Below the pieces are notes generated by a model, which did no database searches, had not been told where the DNA came from, and saw only the letters and a program-made list of their open reading frames with translations. From positions 5,834 to 69,833 of the forward strand of contig JAHEMG010000002.1 in assembly GCA_024643755.1 (NCBI GenBank): a stretch of 64,000 bases of DNA, given 5' to 3'. This document shows positions 52,603-61,101 of this stretch, piece after piece; positions within the stretch are counted from its first letter, which is position 1; each line of letters opens with the position of its first letter. A program made the position numbers and the translations under genes. Source of the stretch: Flavobacteriales bacterium (GTDB lineage: Bacteria; Bacteroidota; Bacteroidia; NS11-12g; UBA955).

Positions 52603-53710
52603 ATGCGAATTTCTGATTTCGCCAACGCAGGATGGGTCCCTCAATAATCCAACCCATCAATAGTCCCAACAAGACCGACACCCCAACCGTACATAATCCA
52701 GCGCCTATGCCACCATAAACCCATCCCATCGCATCGAAAATGCCTAGCTTAACCAATAGGTTATCGGCAAACAAATGCCATAAATAAATGGAGTAGGAGT
52801 GTTTGCCAATGGTTGAAACCACACTTAAAGCCCTCCTTTTCGTCGCTGATGTGTGTTCACTGGACTTCCATCGCTGTAATTGCGATTCCCAACCCAAGCA
52901 AAGACAAAGCAATCCCCCATAACCCAAACAAACCACCGTCATGCCCCAAGTATTCATTGCATGAGATCCTGCCGAGAAAAAATACAAGGTTGCCAACGCA
53001 ATCACAAAAACCGACGCAAACAGCCATCGCTTTGTGTTGAGCCAAGCTTGGAGCGACCCAAAATGATAAGCGTACGCCAAAATGATTCCTATCCAAATGC
53101 CATCAGCTCGCATATGGGTTGCACTGAAAGCAAACCAATTTTCGCCCCGATGAGGCCAACAATAGACAAATCTCAAGGCAATCAGCAAACAGAGTGACAT
53201 TACTAGCAACAGCATCGTGCGGGACACGTTCATCGGAAAACCCCGTCGTTGCCATATCGCCAAAACCATCGCCATGATCAAGTAGAAATGTTCTTCCACC
53301 GAGAGCGACCAAGTATGCATCCACATTCCGTCGATATAACTTTGAAGGTAAAACACCTCGCTGATGATTTGTAGCCCCGTGATGCTGCGATCAGTGCACC
53401 AGGCAGCCAGCAGACTCACCAGCAGAAACAAGTAAAAACTGGGGTAGATTTTTAGGGCCCTTCGCACCAAGAAACGTCCAATCCGCATATTGCCTGTGTT
53501 TTTCAATTCGCCAAACATTAGACCGGAAACAAGAAAGCCAGAAATAACAAAAAACAGGTCCACACCGCTCCATCCCAATCGATGCCATAAGCCACTGGAA
53601 AAACTGTGTCGACCCAAAACCAACAAAATCGCCAAAGCCCTAAGCAGGTCTAACGAAACCTTATGTCGAACTGTGTCTGAGGGATTCATTCTGTGGATTT
53701 TTGTACCCAT
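52601..53710 (-). CDS. acyltransferase family 3 (AT3) membrane O-acyltransferase
   Basis: 369 aa with about 10 TM segments. SLDLLRALAILLVLGRH and WSGVDLFFVISGFLVSG are the PF01757-type signatures. Confidence 0.85.
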   Translation of the reverse strand: MGTKIHRMNPSDTVRHKVSLDLLRALAILLVLGRHSFSSGLWHRLGWSGVDLFFVISGFLVSGLMFGELKNTGNMRIGRFLVRRALKIYPSFYLFLLVSLLAAWCTDRSITGLQIISEVFYLQSYIDGMWMHTWSLSVEEHFYLIMAMVLAIWQRRGFPMNVSRTMLLLVMSLCLLIALRFVYCWPHRGENWFAFSATHMRADGIWIGIILAYAYHFGSLQAWLNTKRWLFASVFVIALATLYFFSAGSHAMNTWGMTVVCLGYGGLLCLCLGWESQLQRWKSSEHTSATKRRALSVVSTIGKHSYSIYLWHLFADNLLVKLGIFDAMGWVYGGIGAGLCTVGVSVLLGLLMGWIIEGPILRWRNQKFA

Positions 53711-53728
53711 TGGGCCAAAGATAGCGAC

Positions 53729-56700
53729 TTATCTGCCCGGACCGCCCATACCCGGCATGCCATGCATTGGCATTCCCGCAGGAGGCATACCACCTGGGAA
53801 CATCATTTTCATGTCTTTGCCGTCCTCGCCCTTGCCATTGAACTTTCTCAACTTGTAGGTAAAAGTGAGCATCACATAGCGATTCAATACCTTTGTTTTT
53901 ACGTCTTCGAAGTAGGTTTGTGTTACGTTTCGCTGAATGCTGCGGTTTTGATTCAACAAATCATAGCCAGTGATTCGCAATTCCCCCGCATTGTTTTTCA
54001 AAAACTTGTAACCCAGTCCGGCATTCCACAAATAATACGATTGGTTGAATGAACTGGATAAGCCCGAAAATGCTTGATAGGTAACATCAGAATTCAAAAC
54101 CCACTTTTTGTTGGGCATGAAATTCATCGCCGCCCGAGCGTTATAACTCATATAGGTTTGGTTGTTGCCAAGCTGTATGCTGTTGATGACCTGACTGTAA
54201 CTCACATTGCCGCTCATGTTGAAGTCGATTTTCTCTGAAATGTTGCTGGATAAAACCAGGCCTGCATTGGCACTGGGGTTTGTGGCCATATTGGTTTTCG
54301 CCAAGTTGTTGCCCAGCTGAATCATGCTAGGAATGTGCGATACGGTGATGCCCGCATTGGAATTGATGTTCAGCTTTTTGATGGTTTTACCCCAACTGCC
54401 AAACATCCGCAAATTGTAATAGCCATTCATGTTGATGGGTAAAGTGATTTGCGCACCGGGTGATAAAAAAATACTATCGTTGAGGCTATAGCTGCCATCC
54501 ACCGCGCCGTTATTTCCTGCGAGTGTGGTATTGTTCAATTGGATCCAAAGCGGGGTGGATTGGCCCAATATGGTTTTACTGGAAATGTAATTGTTGCTAA
54601 ACTGGGCGTTGATCATGAAAAACTGGTTTCTGCCCGTTTCTGGGGTTACACTGAAAAATCGCATAAAAAAGCTATGCTGATAATCCTGCACCAACAAGGG
54701 GTTTCCCGTGCTCAATTGCATCACATTGTTGTTGTTGGTAACCGGTTGTAACTGGTCAATACTGGGAGCATTGTTTGAAGTTGAGTAGTTCAATCGCAAG
54801 TTTTTCTTGCTACCCATGTTGTACCTGGCTTGAATGCCGGGCAACAGAGAGGTGAACTGTCGTTGCAATTCTGCTGACTTGGGCAAACTCAATGAACCAT
54901 TCAACTGCGCGATTTGTGCGTCTAAACTGGCCGTTACATTCCATTTGTAGGTTTGATATCGATAAGAAACCCCCATTTTGTTGGAGTTGTATCCGTTCAC
55001 AAACTTGCTGGAAAAGAGGGTGTCTAACAGGATGTATTGACCGCTCAACGCATCGTACAAATTGGCCAATCGATCGGTGTTGTTTTGATTGATGTTCGTG
55101 GCGATGGTGGCTGCCAAATAGTGGTTGCTGTCCAAACTCTCCGTAAATGTCAAATTACCCGAAAACGTTTGATTGAGCTTGTCGATGCTGGTTTTTTGGT
55201 CCCGCTTGGTGTCTACACCCATCCAAGTGTTGGTGTTTTGTAACAACGTGTATCCGGACTGACCGTTGATGCCGGGATTGGCTTCCACCGATAAAGTGCG
55301 TCCTTTTTTGGGATAGGCATGTCTCCACAATACGCTCAAATTGCTCCGAATTCCAGTAGTTTCGGTATTGTTCAAGTTGGATAAATTGCTGATGGTTAGT
55401 CCAGAACCATTGAAAGTAATTGCGTGCAGTGGATTCAGCACAGCATTCTGTTGTAGCGATGCTCGTGAATCAATGATCAACGAGTTGCTCGAGTCCAATT
55501 TGATGGTGAAACGGGCGTTAAAACGGTGACTGTTGTTGTTGGTGTTGTTGTTATTGGTATCCAAATAACCCAGTTGCGTGGGCGAAGTGGGATCACCCGT
55601 GATATAAGTTCTGTTTGTGTTGTAATCGTTGTTGTTGATGGTTTTATTGAAAAAATAACTGCCCGATACTTCCGTGGATTTGCTCCATTGGTCGCTGTAG
55701 TTCAATCCAATAGCCCTGGTGGTTGTAATGCCCGATTGGTTCCCGGTAAAAAAGTTGGCCGCTCCACCCATGCCACCCATACCCATTCTACCCATACCGC
55801 CGCCGCCACCTGAATTGCCACCGCGGCTTCCGCCGCCCATGCCACCCACCAAATCTTCAAACGAGAAGTTCTGTTCGTTGATGTTGTTGGTTTGACTCAA
55901 GAACGACAGTCTGCGATTGCCTTTGAATGAATTGATGGTGATGCCACCTTTGTATTTATTGATATCGCTTTCGCTGCTGGTTTCGATTGCCCGACCATAA
56001 CCGGCAAATCCCCGACCAAACAATCCGTTTCTGAACTGCGATTTGGTCACGATGTTCATGGTTTTTACGGTGTTACCATCGTCGATCCCGGAAAACAGAC
56101 TCTGTTCGCTCTTGCCGTCATAAATTTGGATTTTATTCACCACGTCTGCAGGCAAATTCTTCAGTGCCGCATTGGGATCATCGCCAAAAAAAGGTTTTCC
56201 ATCAACCAGCACCTTCTTTACTTGCTCGCCTTGCGCTTGAACCTGTCCGTTAGAAGAAGTCACACCGGGCATTTTCGTTACCAAATCTTCCGCCGTTGCA
56301 TCGGGATTCACTTTGAAGCTGCCGGCGTTCATCTCGGTGGTATCGCCTTTCACGGTAACCGCTTGCACTTTAATGATCGCGGCTTCCATGGGAATGATTT
56401 CGTTTACCAAGGTCAAGGTTGGCAGCGTAATGTCGAAGGAATTGGTTTCTGCAAGCTTAGAGAAATTGACATAATCATGCAGGTTGATCCAACGCTGCGC
56501 TTTTGTGCCGTTACTATGCGTGGCAACGATCAAGAAGGTGAGGGCCTTGCTCTTGGGGTTGCTCATGGCAGCGCGCAAAAACATGAAATCTTGTGGATTT
56601 TGTGGGTTACCAAACGGAAACAACGGAATACGAAAAGCATACTTTCCCAAAGAATCGGTTTGAGCAAAGCCGTTGTTGGGCAAATAAACATCGCCATCTT

Positions 56701-57013
56701 CGTATCTGCGCTTAATAGGTCGGAAAGCTTGCTCGTCTGCGCTACTCAATGCACCATTGAAAATGCCTACATTTTTCCCGATCGATGCGGTATCGTTGGG
56801 GATCCACAGCGAGATAATTGCACCAGCCGCACCTGCAGTACTGAGATTTTTATCATCGAATTGCAGCTGCAAACACTGACCGCTCGCCATGATTTTGATG
56901 CCCCCACGGTTGTTGGCCCGGGATTCGATTTGCTGCGCCTGAATTGCGGTAACAAAGCAAAGAAATGCGCTAAATAGTAGGAAGGAGCGAAATAATGAAC
57001 GTGGGCGAAGCAT
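53729..57013 (-). CDS. large outer-membrane plug + beta-barrel protein (TonB-dependent-receptor-like, OMP_b-brl_3 type) with Gly/Met-rich insert and Met-rich C-terminal tail
   Basis: From Met 57013: signal peptide MLRPRSLFRSFLLFSAFLCFVTAIQAQ. Plug-like segment AEDLVTKMPGVTSSNGQVQAQGEQVKKVLVDGKPFFGDDPNAALKNLPADVVNKIQIYD. A long Asn/Ser/Thr-rich barrel has its last strand ending ...TFTYKLRKF, followed by a 36-aa tail. Confidence 0.8.
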   Translation of the reverse strand: MLRPRSLFRSFLLFSAFLCFVTAIQAQQIESRANNRGGIKIMASGQCLQLQFDDKNLSTAGAAGAIISLWIPNDTASIGKNVGIFNGALSSADEQAFRPIKRRYEDGDVYLPNNGFAQTDSLGKYAFRIPLFPFGNPQNPQDFMFLRAAMSNPKSKALTFLIVATHSNGTKAQRWINLHDYVNFSKLAETNSFDITLPTLTLVNEIIPMEAAIIKVQAVTVKGDTTEMNAGSFKVNPDATAEDLVTKMPGVTSSNGQVQAQGEQVKKVLVDGKPFFGDDPNAALKNLPADVVNKIQIYDGKSEQSLFSGIDDGNTVKTMNIVTKSQFRNGLFGRGFAGYGRAIETSSESDINKYKGGITINSFKGNRRLSFLSQTNNINEQNFSFEDLVGGMGGGSRGGNSGGGGGMGRMGMGGMGGAANFFTGNQSGITTTRAIGLNYSDQWSKSTEVSGSYFFNKTINNNDYNTNRTYITGDPTSPTQLGYLDTNNNNTNNNSHRFNARFTIKLDSSNSLIIDSRASLQQNAVLNPLHAITFNGSGLTISNLSNLNNTETTGIRSNLSVLWRHAYPKKGRTLSVEANPGINGQSGYTLLQNTNTWMGVDTKRDQKTSIDKLNQTFSGNLTFTESLDSNHYLAATIATNINQNNTDRLANLYDALSGQYILLDTLFSSKFVNGYNSNKMGVSYRYQTYKWNVTASLDAQIAQLNGSLSLPKSAELQRQFTSLLPGIQARYNMGSKKNLRLNYSTSNNAPSIDQLQPVTNNNNVMQLSTGNPLLVQDYQHSFFMRFFSVTPETGRNQFFMINAQFSNNYISSKTILGQSTPLWIQLNNTTLAGNNGAVDGSYSLNDSIFLSPGAQITLPINMNGYYNLRMFGSWGKTIKKLNINSNAGITVSHIPSMIQLGNNLAKTNMATNPSANAGLVLSSNISEKIDFNMSGNVSYSQVINSIQLGNNQTYMSYNARAAMNFMPNKKWVLNSDVTYQAFSGLSSSFNQSYYLWNAGLGYKFLKNNAGELRITGYDLLNQNRSIQRNVTQTYFEDVKTKVLNRYVMLTFTYKLRKFNGKGEDGKDMKMMFPGGMPPAGMPMHGMPGMGGPGR

Positions 57014-57059
57014 AAAATACAAATATCGCCAATTTGTACCGCTTTTGGGGGGATTTGCG

Positions 57060-58847
57060 TTACTGTACGCGCAATATTCGACCAACAGCAATGTTGTTGC
57101 TTCTCAGGCCGTTTAATCGCTTCAGGGTGTCAACGCCTATGCCATAGTTCCGTGAAATGGAATACAACGTTTCTCCAGATTTCACCTTGTGATAAATGAT
57201 CTTTGGTTTCGCCGTTTCTGACTTTGGCAGGGGTTTCTTGGGCGCAGGCGTTTGCAAGCTATCTTGCGTTTTGGGATTGTCCTTGATCGCAGTAACTGCA
57301 GGACCCGAAGTTCCGTCGGCATCCGCGCTATCTTTCATCTCCAATGTTTGGATTGGGTCAGATTTGGTCGCGATACTCAGTTTGCCCACTTTCAAGCGTG
57401 TGCCAGCGGAAATGTTGTAATTCCTCAAGTGGTTCCATTCCTTGAGTTGTGCCACCGTGATGCCATATCTTAGAGCGATGCGGTAAGCGGTTTCGCCTCG
57501 TCGCACCACATGATATCGCCAAACTTCAGAAACTACCACATTCTTTGACAGGGTATCGCGGGTTCTAAAGGCCAGGCGTTTGCTGCTGTCTTCAGGGATC
57601 ACGAACTGACGGTACCCGTTGTTGTATCGGGTTTGTGTGTGTTCCCATGCCCGAGCATACAGATGTCCTTTGAGTTGGTTGCCGGCCTCTTGCAGGTGCA
57701 TCCCATCAACCATGAATAATTGCTGATCAGACCAATATTGTGCTGCGTATTTTCCACCTGCGATGCGATACCAATCATAGTAAGCCACTTTTTCGGCTTT
57801 ACACAGGGCGATAATGGCTTGTTCGAATTTCTCAAAGCTAAGTTGGGTGCGTCCGCCACGAACTCCATCTTGCGGGATAACCACCACGATTTTGGTCGAT
57901 GGCAGGGTTTCTTTTAAACTTAATATGCTTCTGTGCAATGGCTCCAAGTTGATGGCTTGGTCATCATTGGTTCGGTAATTGTCGTGCGTGCCAAAATCCA
58001 AGAACACAAGGTCGGGCGATAGCAGGGTAACTTGCTGTTTGAACAATTCCAACTCGTTGAATTGTGCATATCCACATCCGCGCATGGCAATGCTGTGAAG
58101 GTTGCCTTGGCGAGAGTTTGTGAGCGACACCCCATATAAAACGAAGGATTTCTGGGTGGAAATGACTTGTTTGAATTGAATCAGAATTTCTTTGGTGCCC
58201 GGGGGAACGGTAAACTCAACAAAGGGCGTGTTTTTATATGTGATAGATGCGGGGAATTCTTTTTTGGATAAAATGGATGCAGTTCCATCCGATTTTCTAC
58301 CACCCAGACAGGAGATGACAACATCAAAATGGTGTTCACTGCGCTCACAATACATCGCAAATCGATCGATGCCTTTGGAGAATTGCGCGGGAATATCAAC
58401 GGTTAAACTCGATCGCCAATCATCGGTTTTAGCTGCATAGCCCGTAATCCCTGAGGGAATCAGTCGCTGCGACTCAACAGGCGAAGCATAGGTCCAAAAT
58501 CCGGTGTGTTTGGTGTCAACCAAGGGTGTGATGGCCTGGTTGATCAAACAACCTGGGAAAAATAGGCCCGGACCGCGGAGTTTGCCAAGTAGTTCATCGC
58601 CCAACGGATCGGCGATATCAGCGACCAGTTCATCGCCTACATGCAATATATCAAAACCGCTGGAAGTTTTTAGTCCCAACTGTTCCACCAAACTGCCCAT
58701 TACAGAGGCTTGATGGGATTGGAACAGGTTTACCGTGGTATCGAGAAAGGGAAGTGCGCTTGGTTGGCTGATTTGCTGGGGCGATTGCGCGTGTGCATTC
58801 AACAAGAACGAGGAAACAATGCCAAACAGCAGGCCCTTTTTGCGCAT
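57060..58847 (-). CDS. secreted SGNH/GDSL-like hydrolase with two C-terminal LysM domains
   Basis: Signal peptide MRKKGLLFGIVSSFLLNAHAQ. SGNH-like blocks are YGVSLTNS (block I-like), FLDFGTHDNY (block III-like) and VDGMHLQEAG (block V, DxxH). The LysM repeats are HVVRRGETAYRIALRYGITVAQLKEWNHL and HKVKSGETLYSISRNYGIGVDTLKRLNGL. Confidence 0.7.
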   Translation of the reverse strand: MRKKGLLFGIVSSFLLNAHAQSPQQISQPSALPFLDTTVNLFQSHQASVMGSLVEQLGLKTSSGFDILHVGDELVADIADPLGDELLGKLRGPGLFFPGCLINQAITPLVDTKHTGFWTYASPVESQRLIPSGITGYAAKTDDWRSSLTVDIPAQFSKGIDRFAMYCERSEHHFDVVISCLGGRKSDGTASILSKKEFPASITYKNTPFVEFTVPPGTKEILIQFKQVISTQKSFVLYGVSLTNSRQGNLHSIAMRGCGYAQFNELELFKQQVTLLSPDLVFLDFGTHDNYRTNDDQAINLEPLHRSILSLKETLPSTKIVVVIPQDGVRGGRTQLSFEKFEQAIIALCKAEKVAYYDWYRIAGGKYAAQYWSDQQLFMVDGMHLQEAGNQLKGHLYARAWEHTQTRYNNGYRQFVIPEDSSKRLAFRTRDTLSKNVVVSEVWRYHVVRRGETAYRIALRYGITVAQLKEWNHLRNYNISAGTRLKVGKLSIATKSDPIQTLEMKDSADADGTSGPAVTAIKDNPKTQDSLQTPAPKKPLPKSETAKPKIIYHKVKSGETLYSISRNYGIGVDTLKRLNGLRSNNIAVGRILRVQ

Positions 58848-58858
58848 AATTCCCGTGC

Positions 58859-60307
58859 TTATCCTTGGTCTAACACGGCTTTAACCAACGCATTGGCGGT
58901 TTTTGGGTCGGCTTTTCCTTTGGAGCGTTTCATTACTTCACCCACAAATAAGCCCAATAGACCCACTTTGCCCGCGCGATATTCGGCGACTTTATCGGGG
59001 AATTCCGCCAAAACAGCTTGTACCAAACCATCGATGAAAGAAGTATCGGTGATGTTGGCCAATCCCAAAGAAGCCACCAATTCTTCTGGTGTGGCGTTAG
59101 GGTTCTGGGTCAGCGCAGGGAATAGCTGCTGTGTAGCGGCGGTGTGGCTGATTTTATTGGCTTCGATCAATTCAATGATGCCTGCAATTTGTGCGGGTGA
59201 CAACACAAAATCTTCCATGCCCAAGGCATTTTCGTTTAGGTATCCGCGAACCGGTCCGGCTATCCAGTTGGATGCTTGCTTGTATTTGGGGGTGCAATGC
59301 ACCACGGCCTCGAAATAGAGTGCGCTGTGCTTGTCGTCGACCAGTACCGAGGCATCGTAATCGCTCAGTCCGTATTGTTCGGTAAATCGAGTGTAAAGGG
59401 TTGCTGGCAATTCAGGCATCGTTGCACGAACCGCTTCTAGGTATTCTTGGGTAACGATGGTGGGTGGTAAGTCGGGCTCTGGGAAGTAGCGATAGTCGTT
59501 TACAGCTTCTTTTTTACGCATGCTGAAGGTGCTACCGTTTAAGCCATTGAATCCACGGGTTTCACCATCTACAGTTCCACCTGACAGTAGGACTTCGGTT
59601 TGACGTTTGATTTCGAAATCGATGGCGCGTTTCACATTGGAAATGGAGTTCATGTTTTTGACTTCTACTTTGGTTCCAAATGTGTTGCTGCCTTTGGGCA
59701 TAATGGAGATATTGGCATCGCATCGCAAACTACCTTCTTCCATATTACCGTCGCAGATTTCGAGGTATCGCACCAATCGACGGATTTCAGTAACAAAGGC
59801 GTAGGCTTCTTCGCCGGTTTTGATATCAGGTTCAGTCACTACTTCGATGAGGGCGGTGCCTGCGCGATTATAGTCGACCAATGTATCGTTTAGGTCTTGA
59901 TCATGCATGCTTTTCCCGGTATCTTCCTCCATGTGAATGCGGGTAAGGCGTATGTCTTTGCTAGATCCATCGGCGAGTTTGATACGCACTGATCCGTTGT
60001 TACACAGTGGGGTGTCGAACTGGGTAATCTGGTATCCTTTTGGCAAATCGGCGTAGAAGTAATTTTTTCTCGCATATCGATTGACGCGACGGATATCGCA
60101 GTTGAGTGCCAAGCCCATTTTGATGGCATTGTCGATGGCCGCTTTGTTATGCATTGGCAAGGTGCCAGGATGTCCCAAACTAATCGGACTTACCTGGGTA
60201 TTGGGCAATGCGCCATATTCGGTACTATCTGCAGAGAATGCCTTACTTTTTGTTTGCAACTGCACGTGAATTTCTAGACCGATAACCGCCTCGAATTGTG
60301 TTTCCAT
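58859..60307 (-). CDS. gatB: Asp-tRNA(Asn)/Glu-tRNA(Gln) amidotransferase subunit B
   Basis: METQFEAVIGLEIHVQL..., NRAGTALIEVVTEPD, and a C-terminal GatB/YqeY domain. I set the start at Met 60307; the track start is 60319. Confidence 0.93.
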   Translation of the reverse strand: METQFEAVIGLEIHVQLQTKSKAFSADSTEYGALPNTQVSPISLGHPGTLPMHNKAAIDNAIKMGLALNCDIRRVNRYARKNYFYADLPKGYQITQFDTPLCNNGSVRIKLADGSSKDIRLTRIHMEEDTGKSMHDQDLNDTLVDYNRAGTALIEVVTEPDIKTGEEAYAFVTEIRRLVRYLEICDGNMEEGSLRCDANISIMPKGSNTFGTKVEVKNMNSISNVKRAIDFEIKRQTEVLLSGGTVDGETRGFNGLNGSTFSMRKKEAVNDYRYFPEPDLPPTIVTQEYLEAVRATMPELPATLYTRFTEQYGLSDYDASVLVDDKHSALYFEAVVHCTPKYKQASNWIAGPVRGYLNENALGMEDFVLSPAQIAGIIELIEANKISHTAATQQLFPALTQNPNATPEELVASLGLANITDTSFIDGLVQAVLAEFPDKVAEYRAGKVGLLGLFVGEVMKRSKGKADPKTANALVKAVLDQG

Positions 60308-60374
60308 ACTTAGTTCCACAAAGATAACAAAACCTGTTTGTCAATAGGCGGTGTGTTTTCCACCAAATCAGACT

Positions 60375-60382
60375 TACCTTTG
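60375..60382 (+). promoter_or_regulatory. -7 box TACCTTTG for rnpB
   Basis: Exact TAnnTTTG match ending about 4 nt before the predicted 5' end of RNase P RNA. Confidence 0.6.
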
Positions 60383-60385
60383 ACG

Positions 60386-60762
60386 GAGGCAGTCCGTTCT
60401 ATCGATTCGTAAAAGCGAATAGGAAAGTCCGGGCAACACAGGGTACCGCACTTCCTAACAGGAAGGCGCTTCGGACTTCGGTTTGGGGCGACAGACAGTG
60501 TCACAGAAAACTATACCGCCACCTTAGGGTGGTAAGGGTGAAAAAGTGGGGTAAGAGCCCACTCGTTCAGCAGCGATGTTGAATTGGGACAAACCTTGCG
60601 GGTTGAAAGGTCAAATAAACCTGGATTAAAGGGCGACCCGCTTTATTGCGCAAGCGAGCCAGGAGGGTAGACCGATGGAGGTGCAGCGTGAGTTGCATCC
60701 TAGATCAATGATAGAAGCTCCACGAAAGGGGAGAACAGAACCCGGCTTACAGGACTGCCTTT
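60386..60762 (+). ncRNA. rnpB: RNase P RNA, bacterial type A
   Basis: P1 pairing is AGGCAGTCC (60387-60395) with GGACTGCCT (60752-60760). Universally conserved P4 strands are GGAAAGTCCGGGC (60422-60434) and ACAGAACCCGGCTTA (60735-60749). GGTAAGGGTGAAA and GGTAAGAGCCCAC J11/12-P12-type blocks are present. The ends are approximate (+/-5 nt). Confidence 0.92.
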
Positions 60763-60808
60763 TTTAATTTTTTTTGTAATTCTACTTGACGGATTAATTC
60801 CTTTGCCT

Positions 60809-60816
60809 TACTTTTG
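60809..60816 (+). promoter_or_regulatory. -7 box TACTTTTG for tRNA-Gly
   Basis: Exact TAnnTTTG match 27 nt upstream of the tRNA, with a TTGAC at 60786-60790, 18 nt upstream of the box. Confidence 0.55.
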
Positions 60817-60843
60817 CACCACGGTTGAGAAATCAAACGTCAT

Positions 60844-60916
60844 GCGAGAATAGCTCAGTTGGTAGAGCACAACCTTGCCAAGGTTGGGGTCGCGAGTTCG
60901 AGTCTCGTTTCTCGCT
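60844..60916 (+). tRNA. tRNA-Gly (anticodon GCC)
   Basis: GCGAGAA-TA-GCTC-AGTTGGTA-GAGC-A-CAACC-TTGCCAA-GGTTG-GGGTC-GCGAG-TTCGAGT-CTCGT-TTCTCGC-T. CCA is not encoded. Confidence 0.93.
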
Positions 60917-60931
60917 CTAAGAGCACACAAA

Positions 60932-60959
60932 AGCCCCGGAAACGGGGCTTTTCTTTTTT
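60932..60959 (+). terminator. intrinsic terminator after tRNA-Gly
   Basis: AGCCCCG-GAAA-CGGGGCT (GNRA-type loop) followed by TTTTCTTTTTT. Confidence 0.8.
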
Positions 60960-61101
60960 ACAATTTGTTCGAGAATGGTTAGAGGATTGAAACAAATGGC
61001 ATTCAGCGAATTGGGTGTCGAATTTCCAAATATTGGAATGGGTTAAAACGAAGAAGGGCCGCTCATTGAGCGGCCCTTCTTTATACATAGTGGCAGAGAA
61101 A

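Noticed and set aside
56126-56977. 283-aa plus-strand ORF antisense to the large outer-membrane protein gene
   Set aside because: It is a shadow ORF. The minus-strand frame carries the signal peptide, plug and barrel features, and the plus-strand product is Arg/His/Cys-rich nonsense.
60310-60504. 64-aa minus-strand ORF
   Set aside because: It overlaps the 5' third of RNase P RNA (P1-P4 region), and the RNA gene explains this sequence.
61033-61079. Inverted repeats TTCCAA-ATA-TTGGAA (61033-61047) and GAAGGGCCGCTC-ATT-GAGCGGCCCTTC (61053-61079) downstream of gldJ, considered as a small RNA
   Set aside because: The second hairpin is adequately explained as the gldJ (minus-strand) terminator. 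The first is short. There is no promoter box and no conservation evidence for an sRNA.
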